DNA of 64,000 nucleotides from a virus (Duplodnaviria > Caudoviricetes): positions 1 to 64,000 of IMG/VR virus record IMGVR_UViG_3300020576_006124; one strand, written 5' to 3'. Shown here one piece after another: positions 30,038 through 40,198 of the stretch. The position numbers and the translations under genes were made by a program. How positions within the stretch are numbered: position 1 is the first letter of the stretch; each line of letters starts with the position of its first letter. Under the pieces are notes generated by a model, which saw only the letters and a list, made by a program, of their open reading frames with translations, did not search any database and was not told the DNA's origin.

Positions 30038-30527
30038 AGAAAAGGGAAGAAATGATCATCTTCTCTTCTATCTAAAGATTGAAACAGAATTATTAAAAAT
30101 AATGTGTAAAAATACAATCCCTTCTTCAATCTTGGGGTTATTAAAGCGGTTGATCGACATGAAAATGAAAAAAGCAGTCCTATTTATGTTGCTATTTCTT
30201 CCCTCAATTATAAAGGCCTATGATGGGTCTGTTTACTCTAATTCTCTTCACGGCTCTCAGGTAGCTTCTTCTAGAGGATATTACGATAGAAATAGATTAA
30301 CCTGTGCTACAGGGTCAGAGTTTAAACTAGGTACTAAACTAAGAATTACATACAAAAACAGATCCGTTATAGTTGTAGTCAACGATAGAATCGGAAGAAG
30401 ATTTTATGGAAAAAGAATAGATTTAAGTGGAAAAGCCTTTAAACAGCTTTATCCAAAATATAATTTTAGTGATAAGACAGGTACCCTACTAAAGAATATT
30501 AAAGTAGAAAAACTCACTAACCCCTAA
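29976..30527 (+). CDS. RlpA-like double-psi beta-barrel lytic transglycosylase (true start probably near 30159)
   Basis: LTCA...F.LGTKLRIT...RSVIVVVNDR.......IDLS..AF..L; signal-like MKKAVLFMLLFL. Confidence 0.85.
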   Translation: MRFLQMKSTILQLGLVRIAPKEKGRNDHLLFYLKIETELLKIMCKNTIPSSILGLLKRLIDMKMKKAVLFMLLFLPSIIKAYDGSVYSNSLHGSQVASSRGYYDRNRLTCATGSEFKLGTKLRITYKNRSVIVVVNDRIGRRFYGKRIDLSGKAFKQLYPKYNFSDKTGTLLKNIKVEKLTNP

Positions 30528-31369
30528 TGGATCTGGATCTCCTTCTTTCTACAATTAAAAATTCTCATCAAATACAAATTATAGAGGAAAAAGATGAGGA
30601 ACAGGAGCGCTGTTTAATAGATGGGGTGTCTTTTTGCCCTAAGACAAGGATATTAAACATATCACCAGAAGTATCCACAATCTTTTATCAAGACGATAGT
30701 GCTACCCTTAAACACTTACTTGTACACGAAGAAATTGCCATTAGTAACAAGGATCTTTGGCAAGAAGATTGTGAAAAATTAAAAGAAACTATCTTAACAA
30801 GACCTGATAAGGAACGGATTCATGATCTCTACCCAAAGAAGATAGATTTCCCCATTACTAAGGATTTATCTATTAAGCCTTCTTTAAGTATCTTTACCTT
30901 TAGGTATAAATCTCCGGGGCATCCAATTCCGGGAGGAAATTCTCTAGTTACTGCTTCCTTCGCAGCGAGCAAGACACCAAGTTCTTGCCTCCAAATGCCT
31001 CTCCTAGATGATAGTGGTCTTTACTTCTTAGTTCCTTCCTATTCTCTATGCCATAAATACAGAGAAGAGAGGTTCTCTGTATTTGCGCTCTCAAGCCAAC
31101 TTGATAAGGCTTATTCAAACTTTCTAGAACATCAAAATGACCCAGACTACTTTAGAAAGATTTTTTCTTATCTAAAAAGAAAAGAAGAATCTACTTTGTA
31201 CTATTTAAAGGGGTTTAGATGTGAATTTTACTCGGGCTTAATCGGAGAAGTTAGCTCTCAAGTAAATCCAATTGTATTTCCATTATTTTCTATGGAGGAT
31301 TATCTCTTGAATAAAATGCCTATTGAAGCTAAAAACTTAGAGATACTATCTATTTTAGAGCAGCTATGA
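30527..31369 (+). CDS. Cys-Glu paralogue family member 1
   Basis: YYLKGFRCEFY...NPIVFPLFSMEDYLL...LSILEQL. Confidence 0.6.
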   Translation: MDLDLLLSTIKNSHQIQIIEEKDEEQERCLIDGVSFCPKTRILNISPEVSTIFYQDDSATLKHLLVHEEIAISNKDLWQEDCEKLKETILTRPDKERIHDLYPKKIDFPITKDLSIKPSLSIFTFRYKSPGHPIPGGNSLVTASFAASKTPSSCLQMPLLDDSGLYFLVPSYSLCHKYREERFSVFALSSQLDKAYSNFLEHQNDPDYFRKIFSYLKRKEESTLYYLKGFRCEFYSGLIGEVSSQVNPIVFPLFSMEDYLLNKMPIEAKNLEILSILEQL

Positions 31370-32073
31370 TACAAATTAAGTCTAAGCATCCCTTCACGAA
31401 TAATATTTCTGGTACCTTTACTATTATAAATAATCGAATACAAGTAGTTTCTCCATTTTCTTACCAGAATACACTTGGTAATGTATCTGATATCGTTAAT
31501 ACTCTTTCCTTTACTCCAAGCCAGAATTTGGTATGGGAGGAAAAGCCCGAGGATTTTTTGCCCCTTGTAAGATTAGCGGATCTTAGGTCATTTGAATCTA
31601 TAACTCCCTCAATAAGTTTAATAATCCTAGAAGGTGGTTCATCTTTTGGCTTTTTATTAGATGTTAATAAACACATCCGTCTAACGGATAAACCCGTTTT
31701 AGTTTTAGGCACTTTTACTATTTCCTCTACTTTTAGAGATAAGATTCAATTAACAACTCCAGAGCTTATAAGGAATTCTCTTCTCATTAGTATTAAAGGA
31801 TCCAAGACCCTATCTCCAGTTTATAAAAAACTATTTGAGGGACTAGATAACAATGAAGCCATCCTGGTTAAGGGACCTAAGTGTGAATGGTTAGAGAATC
31901 TTAGGGTTAAAGGAAAAGGACATATAGCTAATCAGGTAAATTTATTCAAACCCAGTATAAGAACACTAGAAACATTTGCAATTCAAAATGATTTGAGATT
32001 AGGCAATCTATCTCAACCAACTAAGATAGATTTATATTCAAAACATCTTTTAGATTTAATAGAAGTCCTATGA
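31366..32073 (+). CDS. Cys-Glu paralogue family member 2
   Basis: EAILVKGPKCEWL...NQVNLFKPSIRTLETF...LIEVL. Confidence 0.7.
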   Translation: MIQIKSKHPFTNNISGTFTIINNRIQVVSPFSYQNTLGNVSDIVNTLSFTPSQNLVWEEKPEDFLPLVRLADLRSFESITPSISLIILEGGSSFGFLLDVNKHIRLTDKPVLVLGTFTISSTFRDKIQLTTPELIRNSLLISIKGSKTLSPVYKKLFEGLDNNEAILVKGPKCEWLENLRVKGKGHIANQVNLFKPSIRTLETFAIQNDLRLGNLSQPTKIDLYSKHLLDLIEVL

Positions 32074-32801
32074 TGCAGATTGAAGCAAAACACCTTTTTC
32101 CGGAGAGAGCCAAGCATCTTATTACTAAATTAAATCTAAACAAAGAGGGAGTAATCAATAAAGAAGGTTTTAATAAAGCTAAGAGCATTCTAGAAACCAC
32201 AACATTCTGGCATAATGATCAGAAAGGTGGTATAGAATCTTTCTTACCAATCATTACTCCTAAATTTCCAGAATATAAATCCACCCAATTAGATTTTATC
32301 CTTAGTTCTATCTCAGGTATTGTATTAAAAGGAGAATATGCTTACTATGGGAAAAGGTTCGATACCCCTTCTATTATCTTAAATCATTCCCCAGTTCTAG
32401 TACTCCCTACTTTCGTTTTGATTCCTGGTCGCCAAGAGGATTACTACCCTTTTACCTTAACTTTAACTACTAAAGAATTAATAAGAGAGTCCGTACTGAT
32501 TTCCCTTAATAACGACGGGGATCTTAAAAGTACTTCAATAACAGATGATTACCTGGAAAAGTTAGGACAATTAGATGAAAGAGAGGCTATCTTAGTTAAA
32601 GGCCCTACTTGTGAATGGATTAAAGGTCTAAGGGAGATTAGCCAAAGCCATAATACAAATCAGGTAGATTTATTTGAACCCTGTGTAAGAACTTTAGAAA
32701 TGTTCTGCATTCAAAACAATTTTACTTGTAAAGGACAGCAATTAAATGAACGCATACAGCTTCCCTATAACATTCTCGAAAGTCTCTTTGAGTTTCTATG
32801 A
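32070..32801 (+). CDS. Cys-Glu paralogue family member 3
   Basis: EAILVKGPTCEWI...NQVDLFEPCVRTLEMF...LFEFL. Confidence 0.7.
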   Translation: MMQIEAKHLFPERAKHLITKLNLNKEGVINKEGFNKAKSILETTTFWHNDQKGGIESFLPIITPKFPEYKSTQLDFILSSISGIVLKGEYAYYGKRFDTPSIILNHSPVLVLPTFVLIPGRQEDYYPFTLTLTTKELIRESVLISLNNDGDLKSTSITDDYLEKLGQLDEREAILVKGPTCEWIKGLREISQSHNTNQVDLFEPCVRTLEMFCIQNNFTCKGQQLNERIQLPYNILESLFEFL

Positions 32802-33421
32802 GTACGGATTTTAATTCTCTTTCTGGGATTGATATAAGCTTAGTAGGGGATAGAATTGAGATTAGAAGCAGATTTTATCCACTTTCTCCTGTCATCCATG
32901 CTAGATTTATTTGCGCGGGATTAATAAGTACTTCTACCCCTATACCTGGAGTAGAACTAAATATTAACGACGTTTCTTGTACTATTTCAGAGTGTGTCTT
33001 CTTCATTCCTTTTGCTGATAGTAAAGAAACATTTATGGAAGAAGATTTACATATAGTTCCTGGATTTTTAGCTAAAAATCCAAATAATGGAAATCATATT
33101 TTAGGTTTTTCGACAAAAAAATTGATACTTAATAATTCTATACATCGTTCTGAGAACATACCTAGGGAAAAGATTAGTCCTTATCTTTCTAGATTCTCAG
33201 ATTCAGATCTTATTTTTATAAAAAGCAAAGAATGTGAATATGACTCAGGTTACTTTGATTCAAGCTGTCACTATATCGCACAGAAGACTTACTTAGAACC
33301 ATTCCCTAGAACGGTAGAAGAATTTGTCCTAGGTTACTTAGAAAGACCTTTTGAGGGGAAGAAACCTTCCCCAAAATTAAAGGTAGCAAAAGAACTAGGT
33401 GAATTAATAGAGATCCTTTAG
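32798..33421 (+). CDS. Cys-Glu paralogue family member 4
   Basis: DLIFIKSKECEY...YLEPFPRTVEEF...LIEIL. Confidence 0.65.
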   Translation: MSTDFNSLSGIDISLVGDRIEIRSRFYPLSPVIHARFICAGLISTSTPIPGVELNINDVSCTISECVFFIPFADSKETFMEEDLHIVPGFLAKNPNNGNHILGFSTKKLILNNSIHRSENIPREKISPYLSRFSDSDLIFIKSKECEYDSGYFDSSCHYIAQKTYLEPFPRTVEEFVLGYLERPFEGKKPSPKLKVAKELGELIEIL

Positions 33422-33478
33422 TACAATTTTTCTTGGACAGTCGAAAGACTGGTCTTCGGAGATAAAAAAAACGAAACT

Positions 33479-33916
33479 ATGAATAGCTACTCTAGCAATT
33501 CCCGAGTCACGATTTTTGTGACTGCGGGTAAGGGCTCTACAACGCCCGAAGTTCTTTCTCTTAGTGATCTGGGAGTTGACCCAGCTAACTACACTGCAGC
33601 GACTGCCAATCAGTCTATTCAGGAGAAGATGGTGGAACTCATCGTCGAAAATCCTAATTTGACCGCTGATGCTTTGACTAAGCTTGCCCAAGCAAGTCAG
33701 GCTCTGGATGGGGCAGACCCCTCTAAGCTTCTCCCTGCAAAGGTTGTGGATGCTGTTTACGATCGACTCACTACGCACAGCCTCTATCAAGGAGCTACAG
33801 CAGAAAAGAAGCTTCAGGTTAAGAAGGGGGATCTTCAAATCTCTCAGAACCCCCACCCAACCAATCCTGATCTGTCAACCTTTACAATTACGGTTCCCAG
33901 TACCTGGGGATTCTAA
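33479..33916 (+). CDS. candidate ubiquitin-like modifier protein
   Basis: N-terminal beta strand RVTIFV; C-terminal strand and tail FTITVPSTWG-F; close to the ThiF gene. Confidence 0.45.
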   Translation: MNSYSSNSRVTIFVTAGKGSTTPEVLSLSDLGVDPANYTAATANQSIQEKMVELIVENPNLTADALTKLAQASQALDGADPSKLLPAKVVDAVYDRLTTHSLYQGATAEKKLQVKKGDLQISQNPHPTNPDLSTFTITVPSTWGF

Positions 33917-33932
33917 TCTAGAGGAAATGGAT

Positions 33933-33958
33933 TTGGGGGGAGGTAATACTCCCCCCAA
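33933..33958 (+). terminator. strong stem-loop after the Ubl-like gene (terminator or mRNA stabiliser)
   Basis: Perfect 10-bp stem TTGGGGGGAG-GTAATA-CTCCCCCCAA; no clear U-tract. Confidence 0.6.
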
Positions 33959-33990
33959 CCAGAGCTTTAAAGCAGGAGTGGTATAACCAA

Positions 33991-34716
33991 ATGAATCTAG
34001 ATCTAGTCTTCAAGACTTACCAAAAAAATCCAAACGCCATTTCAGGGAATTTTATCCACGGTAGCTTCTCTAGTACTGCTCTTCATCCTTTTTTTAATAG
34101 CGGACTAGATGAGGTTATTGAATCTATTAATCAAACTTTCAGGGGAGAGTTTAAGTCTGATGTGGTTCCCTGCTTTGGGTTCTATTTCAACGACGGGACA
34201 TCTTCACTGCATGCAGCTGCGAAACTAAATAAGTGTACCGTTATAGATTTTAGTTTAGTGGAGAAGGAGAACCTTTGTCCCTTTGCCGTTAGTAAAGGCT
34301 CTTCCCTTCCCAAAAACTATAAGATTACCTGCAACGAGAAAAGTTGTTTATTTGCGGGGAGGGCTTACATTATTAACCCTATCCATCTAGAGAGTAATAC
34401 TAGATTGGGATTCTATATGATCGCTCATATAGATGAAGTATCAAAATTCTATAACGATTTTGTCTCTGAGGAGTATTCAAATAGGGTGATAGAGACGTTT
34501 AAGGGCGAAGAATGGGTATATATCAGCTCTACCAACTGTGAGAGAGTTACTCCTAGTAGTAAACAAGAATCTATTCATTTACTTAATCCTATAGACTACC
34601 CATTTACTCCTTACAATTACTTAATATCGAGAGCTCTACTACAAGCTGAAGTAATAAAACCTATATCTTTTAAAGACTTGGGGTTACTAGCTGAATTGGC
34701 TAGTGTATTGGGTTAG
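33991..34716 (+). CDS. Cys-Glu paralogue family member 5
   Basis: MNLDL start (cf. MDLDL of 30527); WVYISSTNCERV...NPIDYPFTPYNYL...LAELASVL. Confidence 0.55.
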   Translation: MNLDLVFKTYQKNPNAISGNFIHGSFSSTALHPFFNSGLDEVIESINQTFRGEFKSDVVPCFGFYFNDGTSSLHAAAKLNKCTVIDFSLVEKENLCPFAVSKGSSLPKNYKITCNEKSCLFAGRAYIINPIHLESNTRLGFYMIAHIDEVSKFYNDFVSEEYSNRVIETFKGEEWVYISSTNCERVTPSSKQESIHLLNPIDYPFTPYNYLISRALLQAEVIKPISFKDLGLLAELASVLG

Positions 34717-34724
34717 TCAAAGAA

Positions 34725-35495
34725 ATGAATGTACTTGTCATTGGAAGTGGTGCCGTTGGAAGTTTTGCAGTTAATTATATTGCAAGACTTTCTAGGACTC
34801 AGAATTTACCATTAGCTCTCGTTTTAGCAGACTTTGATACTGTCGAAGAGAGAAATGTTTATAGTCAGGACTTTACCTTTGAGGATATAGGAAAGAATAA
34901 GGCAGAAGTTACTGCTAAGAAAGCCTCAGAGTACATTAACAGCATAACTGCCTTTCCTGAGAAGGTAACCCCTGAAAACTTAAAGTCTTTACATGAAGAG
35001 TATAACTTCGATTGTATAGTTATCACGGTAGATAACCAATTTTCCCGAGTAGTTCTTAACACAGCTGGAACCATGGGTCTAAAAATTCCAGTACTACATT
35101 CTTCCATAAACTTAAATGGTACTGGTCAAGTATCTTGGTCCTACTTTAGCTCAGCTAAAAACTGTTATAGGTCTTCTTGGCCGGAAGACCCGGATAAACT
35201 TACTGCGGAGCAGCTTACTTCTCTTATGAGCCCAGAGAAAACCTCATCTCCTCCCCCTTGTGAGTTATTCCCTTTTGTACCTCTGATTCAAACTGCCGCT
35301 ATGGAGACAGCTTTGTCCTTGAGCACCTTTATAGGAAATGACCTTCATAAGGAAGTACTAAAGGTTCTTCGGGATAAAGGTACTCCCGAAGAAACTCTCC
35401 AAAATCTACCTACTAGTACCAAAGGATTTATGCTATCGAGAATTATCTCATTTAACACTAGTACCCTAACAGATCTTTTTCACCAAGATGCCTAA
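34725..35495 (+). CDS. ThiF/MoeB/E1-family adenylyltransferase
   Basis: VLVIGSGAVGS, ADFDTVEERNV.SQ, IGKNKAE, VDN..SR; candidate catalytic Cys in PPPCEL. Confidence 0.9.
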   Translation: MNVLVIGSGAVGSFAVNYIARLSRTQNLPLALVLADFDTVEERNVYSQDFTFEDIGKNKAEVTAKKASEYINSITAFPEKVTPENLKSLHEEYNFDCIVITVDNQFSRVVLNTAGTMGLKIPVLHSSINLNGTGQVSWSYFSSAKNCYRSSWPEDPDKLTAEQLTSLMSPEKTSSPPPCELFPFVPLIQTAAMETALSLSTFIGNDLHKEVLKVLRDKGTPEETLQNLPTSTKGFMLSRIISFNTSTLTDLFHQDA

Positions 35496-37818
35496 AAAAA
35501 AGAGTAAATTCGGCAATAAGTCTAAAATTCATTCTACAGAAAGTAAAAATAATATACCACAAAAAAAAAGAAAAAACAGAAGGTACGAAGATTTGAGCTA
35601 CATCGAAGAATTTTACGGTCAAGGGAATCACGGGATGCATACAACTACTCACTACTACTCATCTAAGAAATGTAGAGTATTTGGAGTATGTGCAGAGGAG
35701 ACCCCTGATCAGATTATTTTCTGTGATGGATACTCCAACTATAAAGAGGAGGAGTTACGAAAACAACTAGCCATTCATTTCAAGTTTAAAAACTACGCTT
35801 GGCCCGATGGTACAAATTTTCAGGTTTTCATCGTACCTAAAAAGAATCTTCCTTATATTAAAAAAATCTCTTCAAATAAAAGTGTCCTTTGCTGTGCCCA
35901 TGACGGTACTAAGGCTTATTTAAAGGCACATCTCGGAATTGAATTACAGTCCTCTGATAGGGATTGGTACTGTAATCACCCACAGACAGAAAGTAGTGGT
36001 CTTCCAGCACATTTTACCTTCCCTGTAATTCAATCTCTGATTAAGCCTTACAATATAGGTTTCTCAGAAATAATGGTAAAGATTCCTATGAATCTTGCCT
36101 TCCCTGAAGGATTTACTTTCCAGGATTTATACGGAAGTTATATGGAAGCCCTTGGTTGGCATCCTCTTTCTATTGCTTTATGTAATACAATTTCTGAGCC
36201 TACTCACGAAAATATTATAAACCTTCTAGAGCAAACCTTAAAAGAGATTCAATCTAATGAGTCCTATAGTGATCTTATTAAAGATAAACTAAGTGAACCG
36301 TATAGAAACGCTATAAAAGCTCAAAAAACAGCTCGGTTCACTTTCTTTAAAGAGGATCAAGAAGTCTGGGGTAAAGCATGGGTCATTACTCGGGAAGGGG
36401 TAGCTAATGGAAGAGGGGGTGTTGGACACGCTGAGTATATGGCTGTTAGAGAAAGAAAATCTAATATCTATCAGGCATTTAGATTTGATCACCTAAGTAA
36501 CTGCAATTACTCTTCAGAGCCTTTCCTTTTAGATTATGATCTGGAACAAAACTATACCTATCAAATAGATCCAGACCTTATCATGATTGAACAGGTCAAC
36601 AGCAAGGGAGAATTAGAGTTAAAGAAACTACAGTTCATGATTAACTCTTCCTACTCTCCAAATAATAGCAGTAATGTTATCTACGGAAGGGGGAACAGTG
36701 GTTCAACCGGGGCAGCTTATCATCCCTCTGTAACCGCAAACCCCTTAGAAGGAAGTCTAGACGCTTACGAACTTGCTAAAACACTATTAGCAGAAAATGA
36801 GAATAGTAAAATTACTAGGTCTCTTTCTTCTAATAGCCCTTTGACTGTAACCCACTTCAACGTTGAAGATACTGCAGTAGAAGCTCAGTCGGGAATGTTC
36901 GATTTCGTTAACTCTACTGGGTACAATCTATTTGAAAATATGATGGAAGATTATCTTGATCCTAAAGACCTTCCGAATTTACTCCCACTATATTATATAG
37001 ATGTAGACACTCAGATTTCCGATTTGAGTACCCTTGATAAAATCTACCAATCCTTTGCTTTGGGTTCAGTGAACGAAAGTGGTCTAAGGTCTGTATTTAA
37101 GTCTATAAAGGATAGTGTTTTCTATGAAACATGCTCTCCTGCTTCTTTTTTATGGGTAATGGATGAGAATCTCCCTAGAGAGATTAACTCTGAGTTTTTG
37201 AGAGTTCTTACTAAAGAGTGGGAAGAAGTTGCCTTTCCTTATATCTTAAAAGAATCTTTTGGGCCAAGTAATTCCTCAGAATTCTTTAACCTAAAGAAAT
37301 CTATTACCTCTATTCCTAATATTAAGTCAATCAAGGCTTCTACGGAGATCTTAGAGTCTAAGCTGGGAACTAACTTTATTGCATTTTTGCATACAAAAAA
37401 TCATAGACCTGACTTACTCTCATGTTGGAGTTCTCCAATGAGTCCTAAGTCTCAATTTGAGTATTTTAAATTATCTGTAGTTAATGGCTTCTTGAAACTT
37501 TTAGACACCTTTAGTGAATCATTAATTAGTGACTGTGAAGACCTATCCTGTACTACAGAAGATATAATAAATTCTTATTATGATAATTTTAGAGCAATAC
37601 TTGCTAATATGCCTGGTAAATACCGGATAGAAGATAGTGAAGAGTTTGTATCCAATCTTGGTAACGCTGCTAGGTATTATGATGTATATTATTTTGCTGT
37701 AGCTGTTTTAGCCCTGTCTGATAATCCAGATATATGTTCCCTAAGACATAAACTAGCAAGCATTCTTCATATCTTAATTTTTAATGTAACTGATTTTTCC
37801 ACTACAGGAGTTTGTTAA
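35488..37818 (+). CDS. large hypothetical protein overlapping the E1 gene
   Basis: 776-aa ORF with basic N-terminal tail; no family recognised. Confidence 0.7.
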   Translation: MPKKKSKFGNKSKIHSTESKNNIPQKKRKNRRYEDLSYIEEFYGQGNHGMHTTTHYYSSKKCRVFGVCAEETPDQIIFCDGYSNYKEEELRKQLAIHFKFKNYAWPDGTNFQVFIVPKKNLPYIKKISSNKSVLCCAHDGTKAYLKAHLGIELQSSDRDWYCNHPQTESSGLPAHFTFPVIQSLIKPYNIGFSEIMVKIPMNLAFPEGFTFQDLYGSYMEALGWHPLSIALCNTISEPTHENIINLLEQTLKEIQSNESYSDLIKDKLSEPYRNAIKAQKTARFTFFKEDQEVWGKAWVITREGVANGRGGVGHAEYMAVRERKSNIYQAFRFDHLSNCNYSSEPFLLDYDLEQNYTYQIDPDLIMIEQVNSKGELELKKLQFMINSSYSPNNSSNVIYGRGNSGSTGAAYHPSVTANPLEGSLDAYELAKTLLAENENSKITRSLSSNSPLTVTHFNVEDTAVEAQSGMFDFVNSTGYNLFENMMEDYLDPKDLPNLLPLYYIDVDTQISDLSTLDKIYQSFALGSVNESGLRSVFKSIKDSVFYETCSPASFLWVMDENLPREINSEFLRVLTKEWEEVAFPYILKESFGPSNSSEFFNLKKSITSIPNIKSIKASTEILESKLGTNFIAFLHTKNHRPDLLSCWSSPMSPKSQFEYFKLSVVNGFLKLLDTFSESLISDCEDLSCTTEDIINSYYDNFRAILANMPGKYRIEDSEEFVSNLGNAARYYDVYYFAVAVLALSDNPDICSLRHKLASILHILIFNVTDFSTTGVC

Positions 37819-37824
37819 AACGAA

Positions 37825-38970
37825 TTGAACCTACATAAACTTGATATAATTTACGACAAAGGTAAGGTCTCATCCTTTGGGTTCAGGGACCTTACCTTCC
37901 TTGGTAACTACTCCATTTTAGGGAGTAGGATGTACTCTCAACCTAAGGCTAGAGTCCTGGACTATGGTCATGCTCTCCCCATAATCAATGCCAATATGTC
38001 TAATATAGCTGGTATTGATATGATTAAGGCTCTACTTATCAACGAGTGTTTTGCCAGCACATCGAGATTTCACTGGAAAAACGAAGACTACAAGTCTAAA
38101 CTACAAAGCTTGATAGAAAGTAACCCTGAGTATCTTTCTAATCTATTCTTTAGTATTGGTGCTTCTTCAGAAGACCTAAGAATCCTAAAAGAGTTTTGTC
38201 ATAAGATCTACCTAACTGTATTAAATAAACTACCACATACAAACTATAAATTTAACCTTCTTATTGATGTTGCTCATGCTAACAGCATTGCCGTAAGCAA
38301 CTTTATGAAGAATAATACCTTTGACGAGTTTAATATTTTCATAGGCAATTACTTTGGCCATGAATATAAAGAATTCGACAGATTATACTCTTTAGGCATA
38401 AAAGGTATTAGAGTAGGGATAGGCCAAGGAGGAAGTTGTCTTACAACTAATGGAACAACATTCGGACTTCCTACCCTAACTTCTGTATACCTTGCTGACC
38501 GATGGAGAAGAGAAAAGGGAATAAATCCCTCAGACTTCATTATTATTGCTGATGGTGGTATTACTGGCCCTGGAGACATTATTAAGTGTTTACATTTTGG
38601 GGCTAATATAGTCTGTCTTGGATCGTATCTTTCAGATTGTAAAGAAAGACCCGGAAGATTAAAAAGAGACTGGCTTAAATTTGGAAAACCTTACAAGGAA
38701 TTTTATGGAATGTCTTCTCACAAATCCATTAAGGAAAGAGTTGGGCTAGTAAGAGAAGGAATCTCCTCAGAGGGATTAGTTAAGAAGGTTTATATAAAGA
38801 CCGAGGTGGCTCATAAGGTATCTGATTTCGCTTCCTTTTTAAGATCTGCTATATCTTATGCTGGAGTTGAAACAGTAGATCATCTGCATCATAAGTGTGA
38901 CTTTGAGTTTATTAGCCCTAGTGTAGCAGCTTATAACGCGAGTAAAGATGAATTCCTTAGAAAGTACTAA
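37825..38970 (+). CDS. GMP reductase / IMP dehydrogenase family enzyme
   Basis: PIINANM, IDVAHA, RVGIGQGGSCLT, IIADGGI..PGDIIK, FYGMSS, SEG, LRSAISYAG; no CBS domains. Confidence 0.88.
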   Translation: MNLHKLDIIYDKGKVSSFGFRDLTFLGNYSILGSRMYSQPKARVLDYGHALPIINANMSNIAGIDMIKALLINECFASTSRFHWKNEDYKSKLQSLIESNPEYLSNLFFSIGASSEDLRILKEFCHKIYLTVLNKLPHTNYKFNLLIDVAHANSIAVSNFMKNNTFDEFNIFIGNYFGHEYKEFDRLYSLGIKGIRVGIGQGGSCLTTNGTTFGLPTLTSVYLADRWRREKGINPSDFIIIADGGITGPGDIIKCLHFGANIVCLGSYLSDCKERPGRLKRDWLKFGKPYKEFYGMSSHKSIKERVGLVREGISSEGLVKKVYIKTEVAHKVSDFASFLRSAISYAGVETVDHLHHKCDFEFISPSVAAYNASKDEFLRKY

Positions 38971-40170
38971 CTTGGAAAATAACTATTACTCCGTTATTAT
39001 TCCAGGTAAGGTTTCATGGTACAACACTTCTGAGAAAAATTTAACCACTTATTACATTTTCTTTGATAAAGAATTCGCTTTCAATTATGCTTCTGCTAAT
39101 ATAGGTGAATCCTTTATAGTTAAACAAATAGATTTAGAACATTTTAAGGAGAATTTACCTACATCTCTCTTTGGTAAAGTAATTATAAAATATTTAGAAA
39201 AAGACTTACCTAGTTACCAGGAGGAATTATGATTTTTAATACCCTATGGATTATTATTTTCCATCGAACATTAATGGAGAAGAATTAAAAAATCTTATCT
39301 TAACTGATGAAGATTTAAGAATACCTGTTTTATTCTCTAACAGCGTTCCGATGTTAATACCGAAAAATATATATTGTCACTATGAACAGACTGATCTAGA
39401 ACTTAAATGTCTAGCCTGCTCTCCTGTTCTTCCCCCAGATGGTAACTCATCTGTGAATATAAAGTATGTTCCTTACCATCAACTTAAAACTTTAGGAGCA
39501 GACTTAGCGTTATTTGGTCCCGATTTTTCTAGGCCAACCACCCTATTTTTAAGATAATGAGTAAGGACTATAAAAAGATTTATGAAGAAAGAGCTGACTT
39601 TTTCCTGGAGGAAGCAGAAAAGTACATACAATGTTTTGAAGAACTAAAAACTTTAGAATATCAAATAGATTCTTCTCTATCTTCTTTAGGCTACTCCTCT
39701 TATTCAGAACTAGGAAAGAACGAACTAGAAAGAAAATCTAGCTTGAGATCCTTACTCCCAAACGAGTGTGCTCGAATAGACATGCTAAGAGTAATATACG
39801 AGACTAGAAAAAATAAATTAGAAATATTAAAGTTTTATATAGAAACTTTAAGACCTCTTATCTAATAACTATGAACAATACCCTTAATACCAATCACATC
39901 ACTGTCTCAAACGGCGTAATGTATCTAATGTCATCGTTTGCACAAAAGTACTTGAAGGCAACCTATACTCACTGTAAGGTAACAGCCTCTGACAACAACC
40001 TGACTATTACCTTCTCTGATAAGAAAATGACTGGCTATTTACCTGTTAGGGCCTATCCAAATAGATCTTCATACAGAATCCCAGTCGGTATGGTTTTAGC
40101 CTCTACTATGGGGTCGTCCTATAAGATGACTTCTAATACGGGAAGAACTTTTAAGTTCTCAGTTAGCTAA
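38948..40170 (+). other. four short hypothetical genes (38948, 39246, 39557, 39871)
   Basis: ORF track. Confidence 0.55.
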
Positions 40171-40198
40171 CAAGGTTAAGGGGAAGAAAGAGATCACA

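Noticed and set aside
35488-37818. Glutamine amidotransferase or JAB peptidase assignment for the 776-aa ORF
   Set aside because: No N-terminal catalytic Cys or convincing JAB motif identified; left as hypothetical.
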